This document shows, piece after piece, positions 39,861 through 55,300 of a stretch of 64,000 nt of DNA (position 1 is its first letter; each line of letters starts with the position of its first letter). Under the pieces are notes generated by a model. It saw only the letters and a list, made by a program, of their open reading frames with translations, ran no database searches and was not told where the DNA came from. A program made the translations under genes and the position numbers. This stretch comes from Nitrospirales bacterium (GTDB taxonomy: Bacteria > Nitrospirota > Nitrospiria > Nitrospirales > UBA8639), in the NCBI GenBank assembly GCA_965203295.1, contig CBDBCZ010000015.1, positions 320,001-384,000 on the forward strand. The letters run 5' to 3'.

Positions 39861-41146
39861 GGTTACGGGATACTGACCCGCTTTGATTTAATAGTCTAGT
39901 GAGTGAACGATGAATATCTTTGCAACTATAGGCCCATGCGAAATGGATCGATCCCCGGAGAATGAACGAGTTGCGCTGAAAGAATCTACGAATTTGCGAG
40001 AAGGACGCTTCTCCTATAGTGAAATCTACGAGTATGTTGCAATGAGGTCCTACCCTGAAGGATTCACCAAAGAGGACAAACTAGCTATCAGGAAGAGATC
40101 AAAGTACTTTGCAGTCAAAAAAGAGAATCTCTACTATGTTGGAGGTAAGTACAATGATGCTATAGATTGTTGCTACAGCCTATCACAGAGCAAGGGGGGA
40201 CAATCCAGGCCGACTTCGACTGGACCAGAGCCAAATGAGGCAACATCTTCTGCGCTGTTTTGAAGCACAGGCTCTGGCACCATTCCCAACACTCGAAGGT
40301 GGCCAGAGCACTACAGTGAGCACAAAAAAACACATTTTCATTCATTTATACTGCACATGTAAGATGCCAGAGAGCTACGATACAAGAATGGTTCAGTGTG
40401 ATGACTGTGACACCTGGTATCATTTTAAGTGCGTAGGAATCAGGAAGGAACCTGAACATTATGTATGTCCTTCCTGTCTGTTGTAAGTATAGCTACCACT
40501 TCATTTGTTATTGCATGCATAGCTATATGTCTATGTATTGTTTAGTTACTTTAATTTGTGTATTGTTTAGTTACTTTAAATTGCGTTGTATGTTTTGTTT
40601 ACTTTGTATGCACACACTACATTTGTGACTGCATTTTTATTGCACATGGCATGATCTTAATGGAAACTTAAATACTTTAATAATATTATTATAAGCGTGA
40701 CATAGCTATATGTCAATCTATGTTACAGTATTGTTTAGTTACTTTAATTTGCATTGTATCTGTTTTGTTTACTTTGTATATGCACCCACTACATTTGTGA
40801 CTGCATTTTTATTGCACATGGCATGATCTTAGAAACTTACAATACTCTAATAATATTGCTATAAGCCTGACATAGCTAATATGTCTACGCAAAATCTGGC
40901 CCATTATACCGGTAGAATGGGCAGAGGGGTCCCCATTCTACCGGTATTTTAGGGACCCCGGGTCCCCAATTTACCGGTAGAATAGGGACCCCTAAGGGTC
41001 CCTATTTTCACGAAGGGGTCCCTATTATACCGGTAAATTGGGGACCCGGGTTAGGGTTAGGGTTACCCCGTCCCCATTCTACCGGTAGTTTAGGGACCCC
41101 GGGTCCCCAATTTAGGGGGTCCCCAAAATACCTTGACACCGTAACC
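39861..41146 (+). mobile_element. Internally deleted transposon carrying a Ginger-like N-terminal exon and a PHD finger, bounded by TTAA|GGTTACGG..CCGTAACC|TTAA
   Basis: 39910-40145 encodes YPEGFTKEDKLAIRKRSKYFAVKKENLYYVG followed by GTAAGT; 40235-40486 encodes YCTCKMPESYDTRMVQCDDCDTWYHFKCVG..YVCPSC (C4HC3 PHD); GC-rich GGGACCCC/TACCGGTA repeats at 40900-41138. Confidence 0.7.
40560..40878. repeat. Tandem duplication (~170-bp period), AT-rich
   Basis: GTATTGTTTAGTTACTTTAA...CATTTGTGACTGCATTTTTATTGCACATGGCATGATCTTA...GACATAGCTA occurs twice. Confidence 0.85.
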
Positions 41147-41542
41147 TTAACCGAAAAATTTTCAATCAGATTTCCAGAAGCAGGCGTGGCTTAGCGGTAA
41201 TCGCCTCGCCTTCCAATGAAAAGGTCGCTTGGATTTTTCCTTTTTTCTTATCTGAATGTAGGAGTTATGCAGATATAAAAGAAGAAAATATTCTTCTCCT
41301 GTCACCAACACCCTCGTTGTGCTGGGAGCAGTAGCGCAGTGTCTGGACATATGCTCAGCGATTTGCGAAGCCGAGTTTCAGTACACAAGTTTTGTAGGAC
41401 TTTTAATTCCGTGGCTATATAGTCTTTGAGTACATGTATATCGGATGAATTTTTTACACTGCGCGGATCGGTTTTCACCACGATGCTCGGTGCATCAAAG
41501 GTCTATGTATAGCATGCGCAAGGCGGCATAGTTACAAATGCC

Positions 41543-42240
41543 AAAAAGTCTCACAAACATATCCTTCTATAAAAGTCTCACAAGTCTAAAAAAAACTCAC
41601 AAGCGTCCTTCAAGGCATGCACGTATGAAAAAAGTCTCGCAAATCATAAAAAGTCTCACAAGCGTCCTTCAATGCATGCACGTACGGAAAAGGTCTCACA
41701 AATCATAAAAAGTCTCACAAACGTCCCTCAACCCATGCACGTACGGAAAAAGTCTCACCAACGTCCTTCAATGCATGCACGTACGGAAAAGGTCTCACAA
41801 ATCATAAGAAGTCTCACAAACGTCCTTCAATGCATGCACGTACGGAAAAGGTCTCACAAATCATAAAAGTCTCACAAACGACCTTCAAGGCATGCACGTA
41901 CGGAAAAGGTCTCACAAATCATAAAAAGTCTCACAAACGTCCCTCAACGCACAAATCATAAAAGTCTCACAAACGACCTTCAAGGCATGCACGTACGGAA
42001 AAGGTCTCACAAATCATAAAAAGTCTCACAAACGTCCCTCAACGCATGCACGTACGGAAAAAGTCTCACAAATCATAAAAAATCTCACAAACGTCCTTCA
42101 ACGCATGCACGTACGGAAAAAGTCTCACAAATCATAACGACCTTTTAAGGCATTCACGTATGAAAGAAGTCTCAATTATAAAAGTCTCACAAATCATGCA
42201 AAGTCTTCCAAACGTCAGGCCTTCAAGGCATGGACGAAAA
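41543..42240. repeat. Minisatellite, ~59-bp unit, roughly 11-12 units
   Basis: Consensus AAAAGGTCTCACAAATCATAAAAAGTCTCACAAACGTCCTTCAATGCATGCACGTACGG; some units partially deleted. Confidence 0.92.
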
Positions 42241-42603
42241 AGAAGTATCTAGAAGTATTCCGGTATTCTTGAAGGTGACTTGTTGGTATGAAAAATGTCC
42301 CATAAAAAATTGCACGAAGTTTGACAAACATCCTTCAAGGCATGCATGCATGCAAGTACGAAAATTAATGTCTGCATGATAATTAATTTAATCTTCTCCT
42401 GCATGCAGGATTTTACAAGTGGGGTAAAACCTCTCGAAATTTTTCTTAGTATTCCATTTAGTATCACAGTGCAAGCAGTGAATCTGAATGCAATTCAACG
42501 AAACAGGTCTCTCCTCACTATAAGCAAAAAGTAATCATAAAGAACTCAAACTAAATAAACAAAGGACTATAACAACAGAACGGGCGTGCATGAAATACGT
42601 TAC

Positions 42604-43037
42604 TTACTCTTAGGCAATACAGGCTTTTTCCCGTGTTCATAACATTTAGCAGTGTACGCATTTCTCCTCAGCACCATTCTGTGCAAAAAAAGAGAGGTGG
42701 TGCTGCTTACTCATCGCACAAACGGTCCGCTTGAACCTAGCAGCCCAAACAAATGTCTGTTCTCCTGCTTGTGTGTTCAGTTTTAAATCAGGGTACTTGG
42801 CTTGTATGTGGTCGGGGTTATAGTTTACATGGCGCGTGGGCCTGGTGTGATTCCTTAAATGAAATCTGTCAATGACTTTAGTCACATTTGACCATAACTT
42901 GTCCATTGGTGGTGGAAGGGGGAGGGGCTTCTTTGTAACTCTCAGCTGGTCTAAATTGCACATGTTGTCATACGCCAAAATAACAGGAGGCAAGGTGTTG
43001 TGGCAACCAAGCTTGGTGACAAGGGCTACTATAGCCA
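42604..43037 (-). mobile_element. KDZ (Kyakuja-Dileera-Zisupton) transposase C-terminal exon, frameshifted near its end
   Basis: ILAYDNMCNL..VIDRFHLRNH..YNP..NTQAGEQTFVW..M..HHL, then FLHRMVLRRN after a frameshift; the YD..C / D.FH...H / NT..EQ pattern is typical of KDZ/HMGXB3-like transposases. Confidence 0.78.
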
Positions 43038-43611
43038 CTGTATAAGTATAAGGAATACTTGGGATGGAGATTCTGACCTGTACAGGTGTATAACACATTC
43101 ATAATTAATATTGAGCCAAGTATTAAGCTATATAATATGCATGTGTATATCCTATAATATCCAGAATGCTATTTTTTGCTGTAATAATCAAAATAGGCAT
43201 TTCTGCTGCTTAGGGAACAATTGTTTACTGTATATCTACTGTTTTCCATGCAGAGATATTTGTTTCCAAATTTGAAGCAAATATAATGTAAGATGTACGT
43301 GGTAGCTATAACCTCACAGACTAATACATGTGGGATTTGAGACTATCTCTTCAAGCAAATAATCTGCATGGGGATTGATTGCTATTAAATTAACTGCATG
43401 TATACTGTATATGCCATGCAGAGATAACAATTGAACCTCACTTGTACAGTGGCTGCCAGGACCTACAAAATGGACCTACTTGAACTCCCCTTCTCAAATC
43501 ACTGATTATATCTGAATGGGGGTGGGGCTGTCTAGATCTGTACCTGTACGCATACGCACAGTATTCAGAACTGTGTGAGCGCATAGATATTATCTACTAG
43601 GTGAATGCAGA

Positions 43612-43659
43612 CATAGATAATAGAGTATTATCATCTATTATCTATCTCTATTATCTATG
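43612..43659. mobile_element. 48-bp micro-MITE (CATAGATAATAGAG..CTCTATTATCTATG) with perfect 7-bp TSD
   Basis: ATGCAGA at 43605-43611 and 43660-43666; 14-bp perfect TIR. Confidence 0.85.
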
Positions 43660-44454
43660 ATGCAGAGCACTGTTGGGCGAGCGTATAAGCGAGTTCATCA
43701 TGCATAACTGACTTTGGTATGATCATCATGATAATATGGAGGGATGTAGTTGAGAAAAACTCAAATGTTAGTGTGGTTTGTACTTAATGCCTGTGAATGC
43801 CAGTGAGGCTGTACGTCAAAGTAAACGGAGGGGCAGATAGAAGGGAAGTTTCGGTGACGTCTTCATCTTGCATGTGCAATGTAGACAAGTTAAGATTGGC
43901 TAATACGGTCTGACGTATCACGAACACACAATTTCTTCTATGATCTCATGTTTGGACCCAGGTTAGTTCATTATGTACATACAATAGGCACAGTGTCACA
44001 TTGCAGATTGCTTCTGTTACTGTTTTTTCACACGCTCTTGCTGGCCTTTGCATGAACACGATCAGCCAAGTATGATGTGTGGGCTGGGTAGCCCCTTCAC
44101 TGTTTCTTAAAGTGTTTCAGTGCTTGAAGAGCATCGCACTTGCACATCTACCCAGCTGTTCAGTTGTGGGGGTGATTTGAGACTTGTAGACAAGGCAAGC
44201 TAAAAACGTGTCTAGTGACAGAACAGCTACAACCTCAACACCAGTTAGCGGCCACCAATTTATGCGAGCCACGGTCACAGATGCTGAAGGATGTGTATGC
44301 AGCTATTGTGAATGACTATGACAAGTCGCTGAGGGCAGTTCAGAAGCTCCTGCATGATAAACGTTTAACACCACTGCAGAGAGGGACTACTCTGCACAGG
44401 AGACATGCCACTTTCTCCTTCAGCTACCAATGTTCATGGCATCGCGGGACTCAG

Positions 44455-45002
44455 TCATCATCCTCTGCCCTTGCGCTGCTGCCCTCCGTTTTCGCCTGCG
44501 TACATGTAAGCGTTCGTTCGATCGCTGGCCTCCTTAGCCGCGTTCAGCCGACTCATGCACCCAACAGTCTCCGCCTTCGCCATGCTCGCTCGTTCTGTAG
44601 CCTTCTGTCCTTCTCCACAGGGGTTTCGGCCGCACTCCTTTCTCTGTAGCGCTGTCTGCGCCGTTCCAGTGTCCGCTGTCTACACAAGTCACTCATTCTC
44701 TCTCTCCAGAGTGCAGCTTCATGTTGCAGAGGATTATAAGAGTAAAGCAGTTGAAACGCGTGACAACAGTATTTGAAATAGGCATGCATGCTAACGTTTT
44801 TACGGAATAGTCCATGCGCACGGACGGGGGCGTCGGGGGGGCTCGCTCGCGCTCGTTTCAAAAGGGAAATTACTACATGTAGTAATACAAAAGAAATAAT
44901 CACGCTCGTCCCAAAAAGAGTATATAGTATAAAATAAATAAATAAAAACTCACCATAAAGGGAGTAATACAAAAAAAATAGTAATTCACGCTCGCCCCAA
45001 AA
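44455..45002 (-). mobile_element. Helitron/Helentron-like terminal fragment with charged N-terminal coding remnant
   Basis: LERRRQRYRERSAAETPVEKDRRLQNERAWRRRR resembles low-complexity Helitron N-termini; GGGCTCGCTCGCGCTCG end motif at ~44840, with CACGCTCG(T/C)CCCAAAA repeated at 44901 and 44987. Confidence 0.5.
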
Positions 45003-46419
45003 GGAGTAATGAAATAATAATACAATAATAATCAGCAATAGCACGATAAACATTGTACAAAATCTGAAATATGACTTCTACAATGTCATGCAAATATATG
45101 CAGCACAAATGTGGCATACTCACATGAAATAAAAAAAGAACAGTTCAATGTGTGACGACAGCTTCATCACATGTAAATAGTCACGAAGAGAAAGTCTCAT
45201 CCACTTGAATCTTGACTTTCTGCCTCTAAATCAATCTTTATGCTGTTTTCCAAGGTATCTGCATTTGAAATCACCACTGATGCACTCTCTGGTAGAGCTT
45301 GTAAATTTTCATTTGGGTGCTCGGATACTGTTGAGCTCCAGCCACTGCTTGTGATATGTGTGAGCTCACTACCTGCACGGCAGTATGAACATTATACAAT
45401 AGTCAACATGACATTGAAATCACCTTTGTAGATGCAGTTACAGAAACACTATCATAGAGCCAATAACGCCTCGGTACAAATCTGACTAGTACACTCTAAT
45501 ACGTATGCATAGCCTATTTGTAGAATCTGAATGCCAGAGCTCAGTATGTATAAAACAACTTATGCAGTATTAGCAGGATTGATGATTATTGTTTTTGAAA
45601 GCACTGACAGGCTCATGCAGTAACACTGTGCTCTTCTTGTACAGCCTGGTATTTTTCTGATGTAACTTTGCCTTCTGGCTTCCTACCCTGGGTGGTAAAA
45701 CAATGTATGAAGCTGGTGATGTTATGAAGAATAACATGAACACTTGGCCATCATTGTCTCTACCAAGTGAATCGGATCAGCTCTAGACCTCTACCGCAAA
45801 CTCTATATGTATGCCACATATCACAGAGACCTAATACACTAGCTGTCACCATAGTCACTGTTCATTCCAGAGACTTTTATGCTTGCTTAACACAATGAGG
45901 TACATAAGCAGTAAATCCTTATTAGTCCTGCTCTCTATCTGTACATGACTGCAGCCATTCATGCCTTTACTCCTCTTTGAAATATCTTCAGAAACGTGTG
46001 GCCTAACCAGCAATAGAATTTGTGCAGATAGAGCCTGATTTTCGAACCATGAACCCAACAACTATTGAACCAAGGGAACAAAACTTTCAACCACTGCTCA
46101 AATTACACAGATGTACTATTACTTTATCCAATCAATGAAATGTACAAAACCAATTTTATATGTATTTTTAACTTTCCTTCAAAGCTGTACAGCAGTATTT
46201 TCAAAGGAAACACTGATCTTTATGGACTTATACTGAAAATAATGACAGTCTCGCATCTTCAAGACGACAAAGACTAGTAATCTACTTTTGATTCCCCCCC
46301 CCCCCCCCCCCCCCCCCACAAACATACAATTTAAAAGTTAGGTATGCATTACATAAAAGTGTGCCAGAGACAGGACATAGCTAACAGTTGCATTAATTAC
46401 TGCTTATCTGTGATGGTAG

Positions 46420-47620
46420 GGAAATCGGAGAAAAGGCGATAATGTGTGGCAAAGCGGTGAGGTGGTGGAACGGGGAGATTAAGGAGAAGATTATGATAAG
46501 GAGACTGGTTTACAAGGAGATTAGTATTAGCAGGGAAGATAAATGGGGAGAGTGTTACAAACTATGTTCGGAAATCAAGGAATTGGTATAGATAGTTGAA
46601 ATGAAGTGATTGAAAAGGCTAATAAAGATTTTCATGAAAACAGGAAAGAGTTCTTGGGCATTTGTTGGCAGGATCTTCAAAGGGTAGTCGTAAGGGTATA
46701 TTGCTTATTTGAGGGTTCATGTGTAACCAGTACCAAGGGAGTATTATGTGAGCATTATGAAAGACTGTCTACAGCATCTGCAGATGTTCAGTCTGATGCT
46801 AGCTGGAAAGAGCATGTAGGGCAGAAAGTGACAGAGTATAGTGAAATGTCTCAATTACGGAAGGTTAAGGTTTTGGAGAGTGGAATTAGTTTTGCAGAAA
46901 TTTAACTAAAACCTTAACGAATAATAATGCAGGAGGTAATGATCGGCTTGTCATTAGTCTGTTGAAAGTCTAATCTGAAGTAGTTTGTACAGTGGAGACT
47001 GTTCCAAAACAAAGAGGACAAGTGTTAATTTTTAGCTTGTATAAGAAAGGTGATACTGAGGGCCCGGGTAATTACAGAGGCATTACATTATTGAATGTGG
47101 GAGAAAAATTGTTCTAAACAATCGCATAGTAATCACATTAGAATAAGAAAGAGCTCTTTATGAAGATTTAGAGAGAAAATGAGTCATGTTGATGGCATCT
47201 TTGCTCTCAATGAAATCATACCAGGTAGAATGAGGAACACTTAAGCTTTTTTTTTTTTAAATGTTCAGAAGTACTTGACAGAGTTGACACGATCACACAG
47301 AGTGCTGTTTTACTGAAGAGAGAAATATCTGATATAGGTCAGGGGGTGGCACAGATTTGTAGTATGTCACCTATCTTATTTAACTCTATTAATCAGTTGT
47401 TAGATGAGGTTGAGAAGGCTGTGATTGGCATTAATATTAAGAAGGATGTTCAGGTTGGGGGTCTAATGTTTGCCGATGATTTTGTAGGTTTAACTCCTAA
47501 TGCTGAGGACTTACAAACAGTGATTAATGTAGTACAGGGGTTTTGTAATAAATGGAGGTTGAAATCTAACATAAAAAGAGTGTTATTATGGTATTTTCTA
47601 AAGAGGTTGATACAGGCACA
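46420..47620 (+). mobile_element. Decayed LINE RT fragment
   Basis: KKGDTEGPGNYRGITLL (~47042-47095), GVAQICSMSPILF, GGLMFADDFVGL, FCNKWRLKSN; truncated at ~47620. Confidence 0.85.
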
Positions 47621-47621
47621 T

Positions 47622-48310
47622 GTTCTTGTTCCGAAATCTGGCTCCAGGTGGACCAAATTTAAAAGGATTAACTACTTGATGTAGATGACCTGCTGCACGT
47701 TAGAGACTCAGGTAAATTACATAGCTGCAATCCAGCATGCAGGTATGGGGCTATTATAATATAGGTTCATCGCGCAAAACTGCCTGGCATACACAGCGTG
47801 CTTGATGTCTACACAGAAGCTTAACATTTCAATGACAATGTTGATGCATTTTATATATTAGATGTCAAGATATATACAGTACATACTTTCCCCTATATTA
47901 TACGGGCGCATGCGTATGTATGTGTATCCCATAGCTGGGAGAGAGTTACGTGTACTTCATTACTCTACTTAGTGTTTACCGTTCGTGCGTGGCATGTTTC
48001 ATATAAAATAACCCTCTCTCAATGCAACCTTCATCATGCAAACATCAATGTACATATGATACATTGTATTTTCATGTAACGTACCATAGATAGCAGTAAC
48101 ATGAAGCTGTGATGGTTGAAGAATAGACAGCCCAAAATGCTCCAGTAAATCCTCTGAAATTTGTAATGAAGCTATAGACTCCAGGGATGCTGTGGAGAAT
48201 ACTGTGGAGAAGCCCCAACTACAAAATTTGTGGGTAGGAAAGTGAAAGATTGCAATCTATCATTTCTGGAAAACATTCTTTGGTTAGGGCATAGGAAGAC
48301 CATTCAATGG
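47622..48310 (+). repeat. Dispersed duplication, paired with 63126-63710
   Basis: Colinear, high-identity match from GTTCTTGTTCC to CATTCAATGG; the second copy lacks ~110 bp. Confidence 0.9.
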
Positions 48311-48408
48311 TACTTTTGAACTCCCAAATGCAATCTTATCACAAATTGCTACTCCGCTGTTCAGTTTTTAACTGCAATTCACATCCAAAGCAATGTAGGG
48401 ACAGCCCG

Positions 48409-48599
48409 TGTACTTTATACTACACTGACCCTGAGTATTCACTGGCACTTGCTAGAGAGCCTCTGTGATTTTCATAGAGGCTCCGGTGCGAGCCTACAAA
48501 GCTTGGATTCAAGGAGAATGATGAACAGGGTCTAGGCAAAAAAGAGAGTGAACATCAGAGTGAAAAACCGTACGTACATACTATATGAGGAAGGCTACT
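48409..48599 (+). repeat. ~190-bp direct repeat, paired with 52348-52538
   Basis: TGTACTTTATACTACACTGACCCTGAG...GGAAGGCTACT occurs at both sites with only a few mismatches. Confidence 0.9.
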
Positions 48600-49269
48600 C
48601 CCAACCCGCTTCAAGTACGTAATTCTATTTCTTTACAAAAGACTTAGTTTAACATTACTACAGTAGACTCAGGTTATCAGGCACACTTCATCATGTAGCA
48701 CACATACGCTATCAGGCACATGCTCGCTTCTTGGCCCAAAGCTGTAAAAATTCAGAGGTAAAAACCTCGTTAACAGGCGCACATGTTACAATTAAACGAA
48801 ACATGGGGTGGAGCAACTAGCACAAAAATAATTATTAAAGGATTGAACGAGAAACTAGGAGACTGTTAGCAGCTAGCTAGCTCTCTGGGTATGTGGCCAA
48901 CAATCTTTCCGTCTCGATAGATAGCTACTGCTCGCTTGCCATGGTAGCACTGGGAACACTTTGTACACGTAGTGGCCACGAACAACGCTTTCTTTGATCG
49001 TGATTCCATATTGGTAGTTAGTAATCTGCTAACAGCAACAAAGCTTCCCATTTTTTTAGCCAGCTAATGTAACCTTGCCGTGAAGAGCTTTAACTTTTGC
49101 ATCGACAGCTGTCGTTGACACATGCAATAAATAGGCATGGCAACCTTTAACCCCAGATATGTAGCACACTTCGTTATGTAGCGCATACACTGTTGCTATT
49201 GTCCCAACTAGCGCATGCACCTGATAACTCGAGTCTACGGTATTTAAGCCATCCTCTCAAATCGACATG

Positions 49270-50045
49270 TAATCTACACGGTTTCACTTACCACTCAGTG
49301 TTAGTATATCTCTCATCATTGGCTTTATACCACCACTTAAGTTTAATTGCACCTATCCCTTCTGCCCTTCAAAGATTCCAACCACATATCTCCCCTTACT
49401 CCTTCGTTACACATTTTAAAACAACAGCCAAGTACGTATCTTTTAGCTGTTCCTAGCTAAATAGATTCCAAAAAAAGTGGTCTGCTATTTAATACAAGCC
49501 TACACTTCACTATCATATTCAAAAGTAGGGCAAAGTACCGAAACTAACAATAATTATATACTTATCCTTCTTGCAACTATACTGATAATATTTCTACAAA
49601 CCTAAGTAGTTTTTTCTTTCCACTATTTACTACCTTCTGTACATGACTATCTCATGAACCACTACTAGCAAATTCAATGCCTATCAGTAACATGCAACCC
49701 TTGGAGTGTCTATATCTCCCCACTTCCATGAAGTGTACCTGCATGTAATAACCTCTGTAAATACCATAACAGCACTCTTTTTGATTCAACCTCCAAACTC
49801 CTGTACTACTCAGAGTTCTCAGCATTAGTAATTAAACCTACATGTACCAAATTGTCAGCAAACATTAGACTCCCAACATTGTCTATAGATATGCCAATCC
49901 CAGCCTTCCTAACCTCATCAAACAACTGAAATTTCACAAGCAAAACAGCACTCAGTGAAATGTCATACTAATAATTCTCCACATCTTACCCCTAACCCCA
50001 ACTTCCCATAACTTATTACACTGTAAACCATAAGCCATCATGTCA
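49270..50045 (-). mobile_element. Decayed LINE fragment
   Basis: Matches the 3570-4100 copy (CAAGCCTACACTTCACTA, AGCAAACATTAGAC, ATGCCAATCCCAGCCTTC) and the 30950-31000 region. Confidence 0.75.
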
Positions 50046-52348
<2,303 letters not shown>

Positions 52349-55300
52349 GTACTTTATACTACACTGACCCTGAGTATTCAGTGGCACTTGCTAGAGAGCC
52401 TCTGTGATTTTCATAGAGTCTCCGGTGCGAGCCTACAAAGCTTGGATCCAAGGAGAATGATGAACAGGGTCTAGGCAAAAAAGAGAGTGAACATCAGAGT
52501 GAGAAACCGTACGTACATACTATATGAGGAAGGCTACTGTGCATTGTCAGGTTGATTGACAATAGCATAAGTGAGAATAGTTAGCTACGTGTATAATACA
52601 AGGTGCCACAAGTAAATGAATGGTTTGCAATCTGCTAAGTATGGGTCTTCGAGGACTGCATGGTCGTCGTGAGTGCAGGCTCACACAACTAGTAGTACAC
52701 CGATTCAGAAACAAAAAATGTGTGCCACCTGCAGGGAATCATGATCAAGAGCTTTTCCTGTACTTATGCTCTTATATACAGTTATATGCAGTTGCACTGT
52801 ATTGGTGGTGAAACTATGAATGTACATACAAAACCATATCAAAAGGCAAACACTATGAACAAATATGTCAGTGCTATAGTACATGTATGTGAAGTGACAG
52901 GTTCCTACCCTGAATCTCTGTAAACACATTAAGATCCATAAGTCTCTGTCCTACATCCTATAAAGTAAAGAGAAAATGATAGAATGTTCCAACTGCATGA
53001 ATTAAAAAGTAAGAGGCATAGTCTGTACAACATAATATAACAACATACATACGTATAGGTGCAGTGCGTTCACACAGGGTGTGCAATTGAACATGCATGT
53101 CGTGCAAACATAAATGTACTTATGCAATGCAAAATGTAACATGTGAGCCTGTTAGTATCTAACAGGCACAGTGACACTACACAGTCATACCTACCCTAGC
53201 CACTTGCACATTAGAAACTCCCTCCATATTGTGCACAACCACTTCACTGCAGCTGAACCTGTAAAGAAGTGTACTCCAGATGCTTCCTGTGGAGTAGGAA
53301 GGAATCATAAAGGAAGTGCATAATAGTTCCTTGCAGATGATTATTTGCAGACAGCTGACACCGATAACTTACCAATACCTCTCCTCATTACATGCAACAG
53401 TATCAATGTACTATTAAACCCCAGTATTAACTGAGTTCTGAATACGTAATTGACACATGACATTATACATGCATAATATTCTCACCTGGCATGGTATTCC
53501 TATACTGGGATGTGCTAGTGCATCAATATACTCTCTAAGAGTAATTGCCGAAGTATCATCCTGCAGAGAACAAGTGAGAACTAGAACCCTGCGTAGCTAC
53601 ATGTGCCTCTTCCACATAATGCATGTTACTCTGGTCCCGTTGTGGATGTACCATCACATATGTTCGTGCTCTTGCTATGTTAGTGTACTCACGTACAGGT
53701 GTGCTGCAAAATACATATACATGAAAAGTGGCACAATTCAAGCTTGATTGTGTAGCAATTGATTTACACTTCATTGTTGAGTTGAACACTACTAGCGTGA
53801 AGCAGATGAGCTCTCCATTACATTGAATTTGATAGCAACTTTAAGTGAACTGAAACGTAGCCGTTTTAAAACTAACTCACTTTTCAGCTTACCATTTTAA
53901 CTACAGTATGTATTTAATGGTGTTTATACATGTATTACTGTCAGTCTGCACATATCTTCTTACAAAATGGAGCATACACATACTATGCACATGCCCTACA
54001 ATGATGCGGTTAATTCCATAGCTGCCCTGACAAAAAAGCTACCTGATTGAGAAAAAGAAGTAAACAGGAATGTACTTACCTGACGATGATGATGATTACA
54101 TAAATATGTATACATCTAACCAGTGCACACCTGTTTAAACACAGTTACTCAAGTGTTAATACCATGAATGTACATACTGGTATACGTACAACTCACTGAC
54201 CAGATGAATATTATGGGTGTGCAGTGAATAAGCGCTAAGGGGGCTCACTCCTCCGGCCTCAAAAGCTTTGTAAACTATAGCCTGCAGGAAGAGGGACATG
54301 AAGATCTGTGAGACAGAAACCCAGCAACAGTACAGACATGCCTACATTCTGAAGTACAATTGTAGTTAACATAACAACAGATGAGACATCTTTGCACAGA
54401 TGCCGTGTCCACTCCCTGCAGTCTCTGTTTCAGACAAAAAAACATGGAAGGGAGACTTGAATATAAAGGAACTGGAAGAGTATGTACTTCCAAAACAGCT
54501 AGATGTTCAGATCATATTCAATCACAGTTATAATAGCTTCAGAGCTGGATCTCTACCTTATGAAGGCAAAATAGCGGTGGCTACTAATGAAGGGCAGCGT
54601 CTATTCGCGGAAACACAGTATTGATATGCGCAGTGAAATTAAGAGATAAGAATTCCTGTAAACCCCATACATATGCATAGTAAAATTAAGAGATAAGAAA
54701 ATAGGTGTTCCTGTTCTAAAAGCTCCCTTTAACATCTCTGCAGACAGGGGATGATGCTTGACTGGGGCTTTAAAAAGAACATAACAATGCCCATAAATGT
54801 AATTACTGCAGAAAATGTATGAAGACCAATAAACACTACCTCGATATCACTCTATTTGCATCAGTGTGCATAGATTCAAGCTCTAACAATTTCAGTACTT
54901 TCCTTAATGGCCTCACTTTTAAAAAACTCATGGACTCACAAGATCCTCTTTCAATCTTTTCGGGTGTGTCTGGTTCATCCTGTGAGAAAGGGGGTATATT
55001 ACGTACGTATATGTATGCACACATAGTCTGAGTATGTGCCTACACATACACTGCAACAGTAGTTATGATGGTACACGTATACAGATAATGCTATCATACT
55101 TTGACAATATATACCGGTATCATTGTATTTTCTATCATTTGAATGCATTGAATGGTGTGTTCACATGTTAGGCATTGTAGTCGTTCCAGTGCTGGTGCTA
55201 GCCATGTTGGTTAGGCTGTGATTGGTTACCAGAGTGCTGCAGCGGGAACTTTAAAGTAATACAGCTAGTAGCAATATCACAGCTGCTGGCAAAGCTGACC

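Noticed and set aside
41048..41065. True telomere or telomere fusion site (also 60374-60436)
   Set aside because: Only three perfect units here, embedded in a TE-like palindromic block; the second tract is degenerate.
41543..42240. CRISPR-like array
   Set aside because: The units are contiguous repeats with no unique spacers, there are no cas genes, and the context is eukaryotic.
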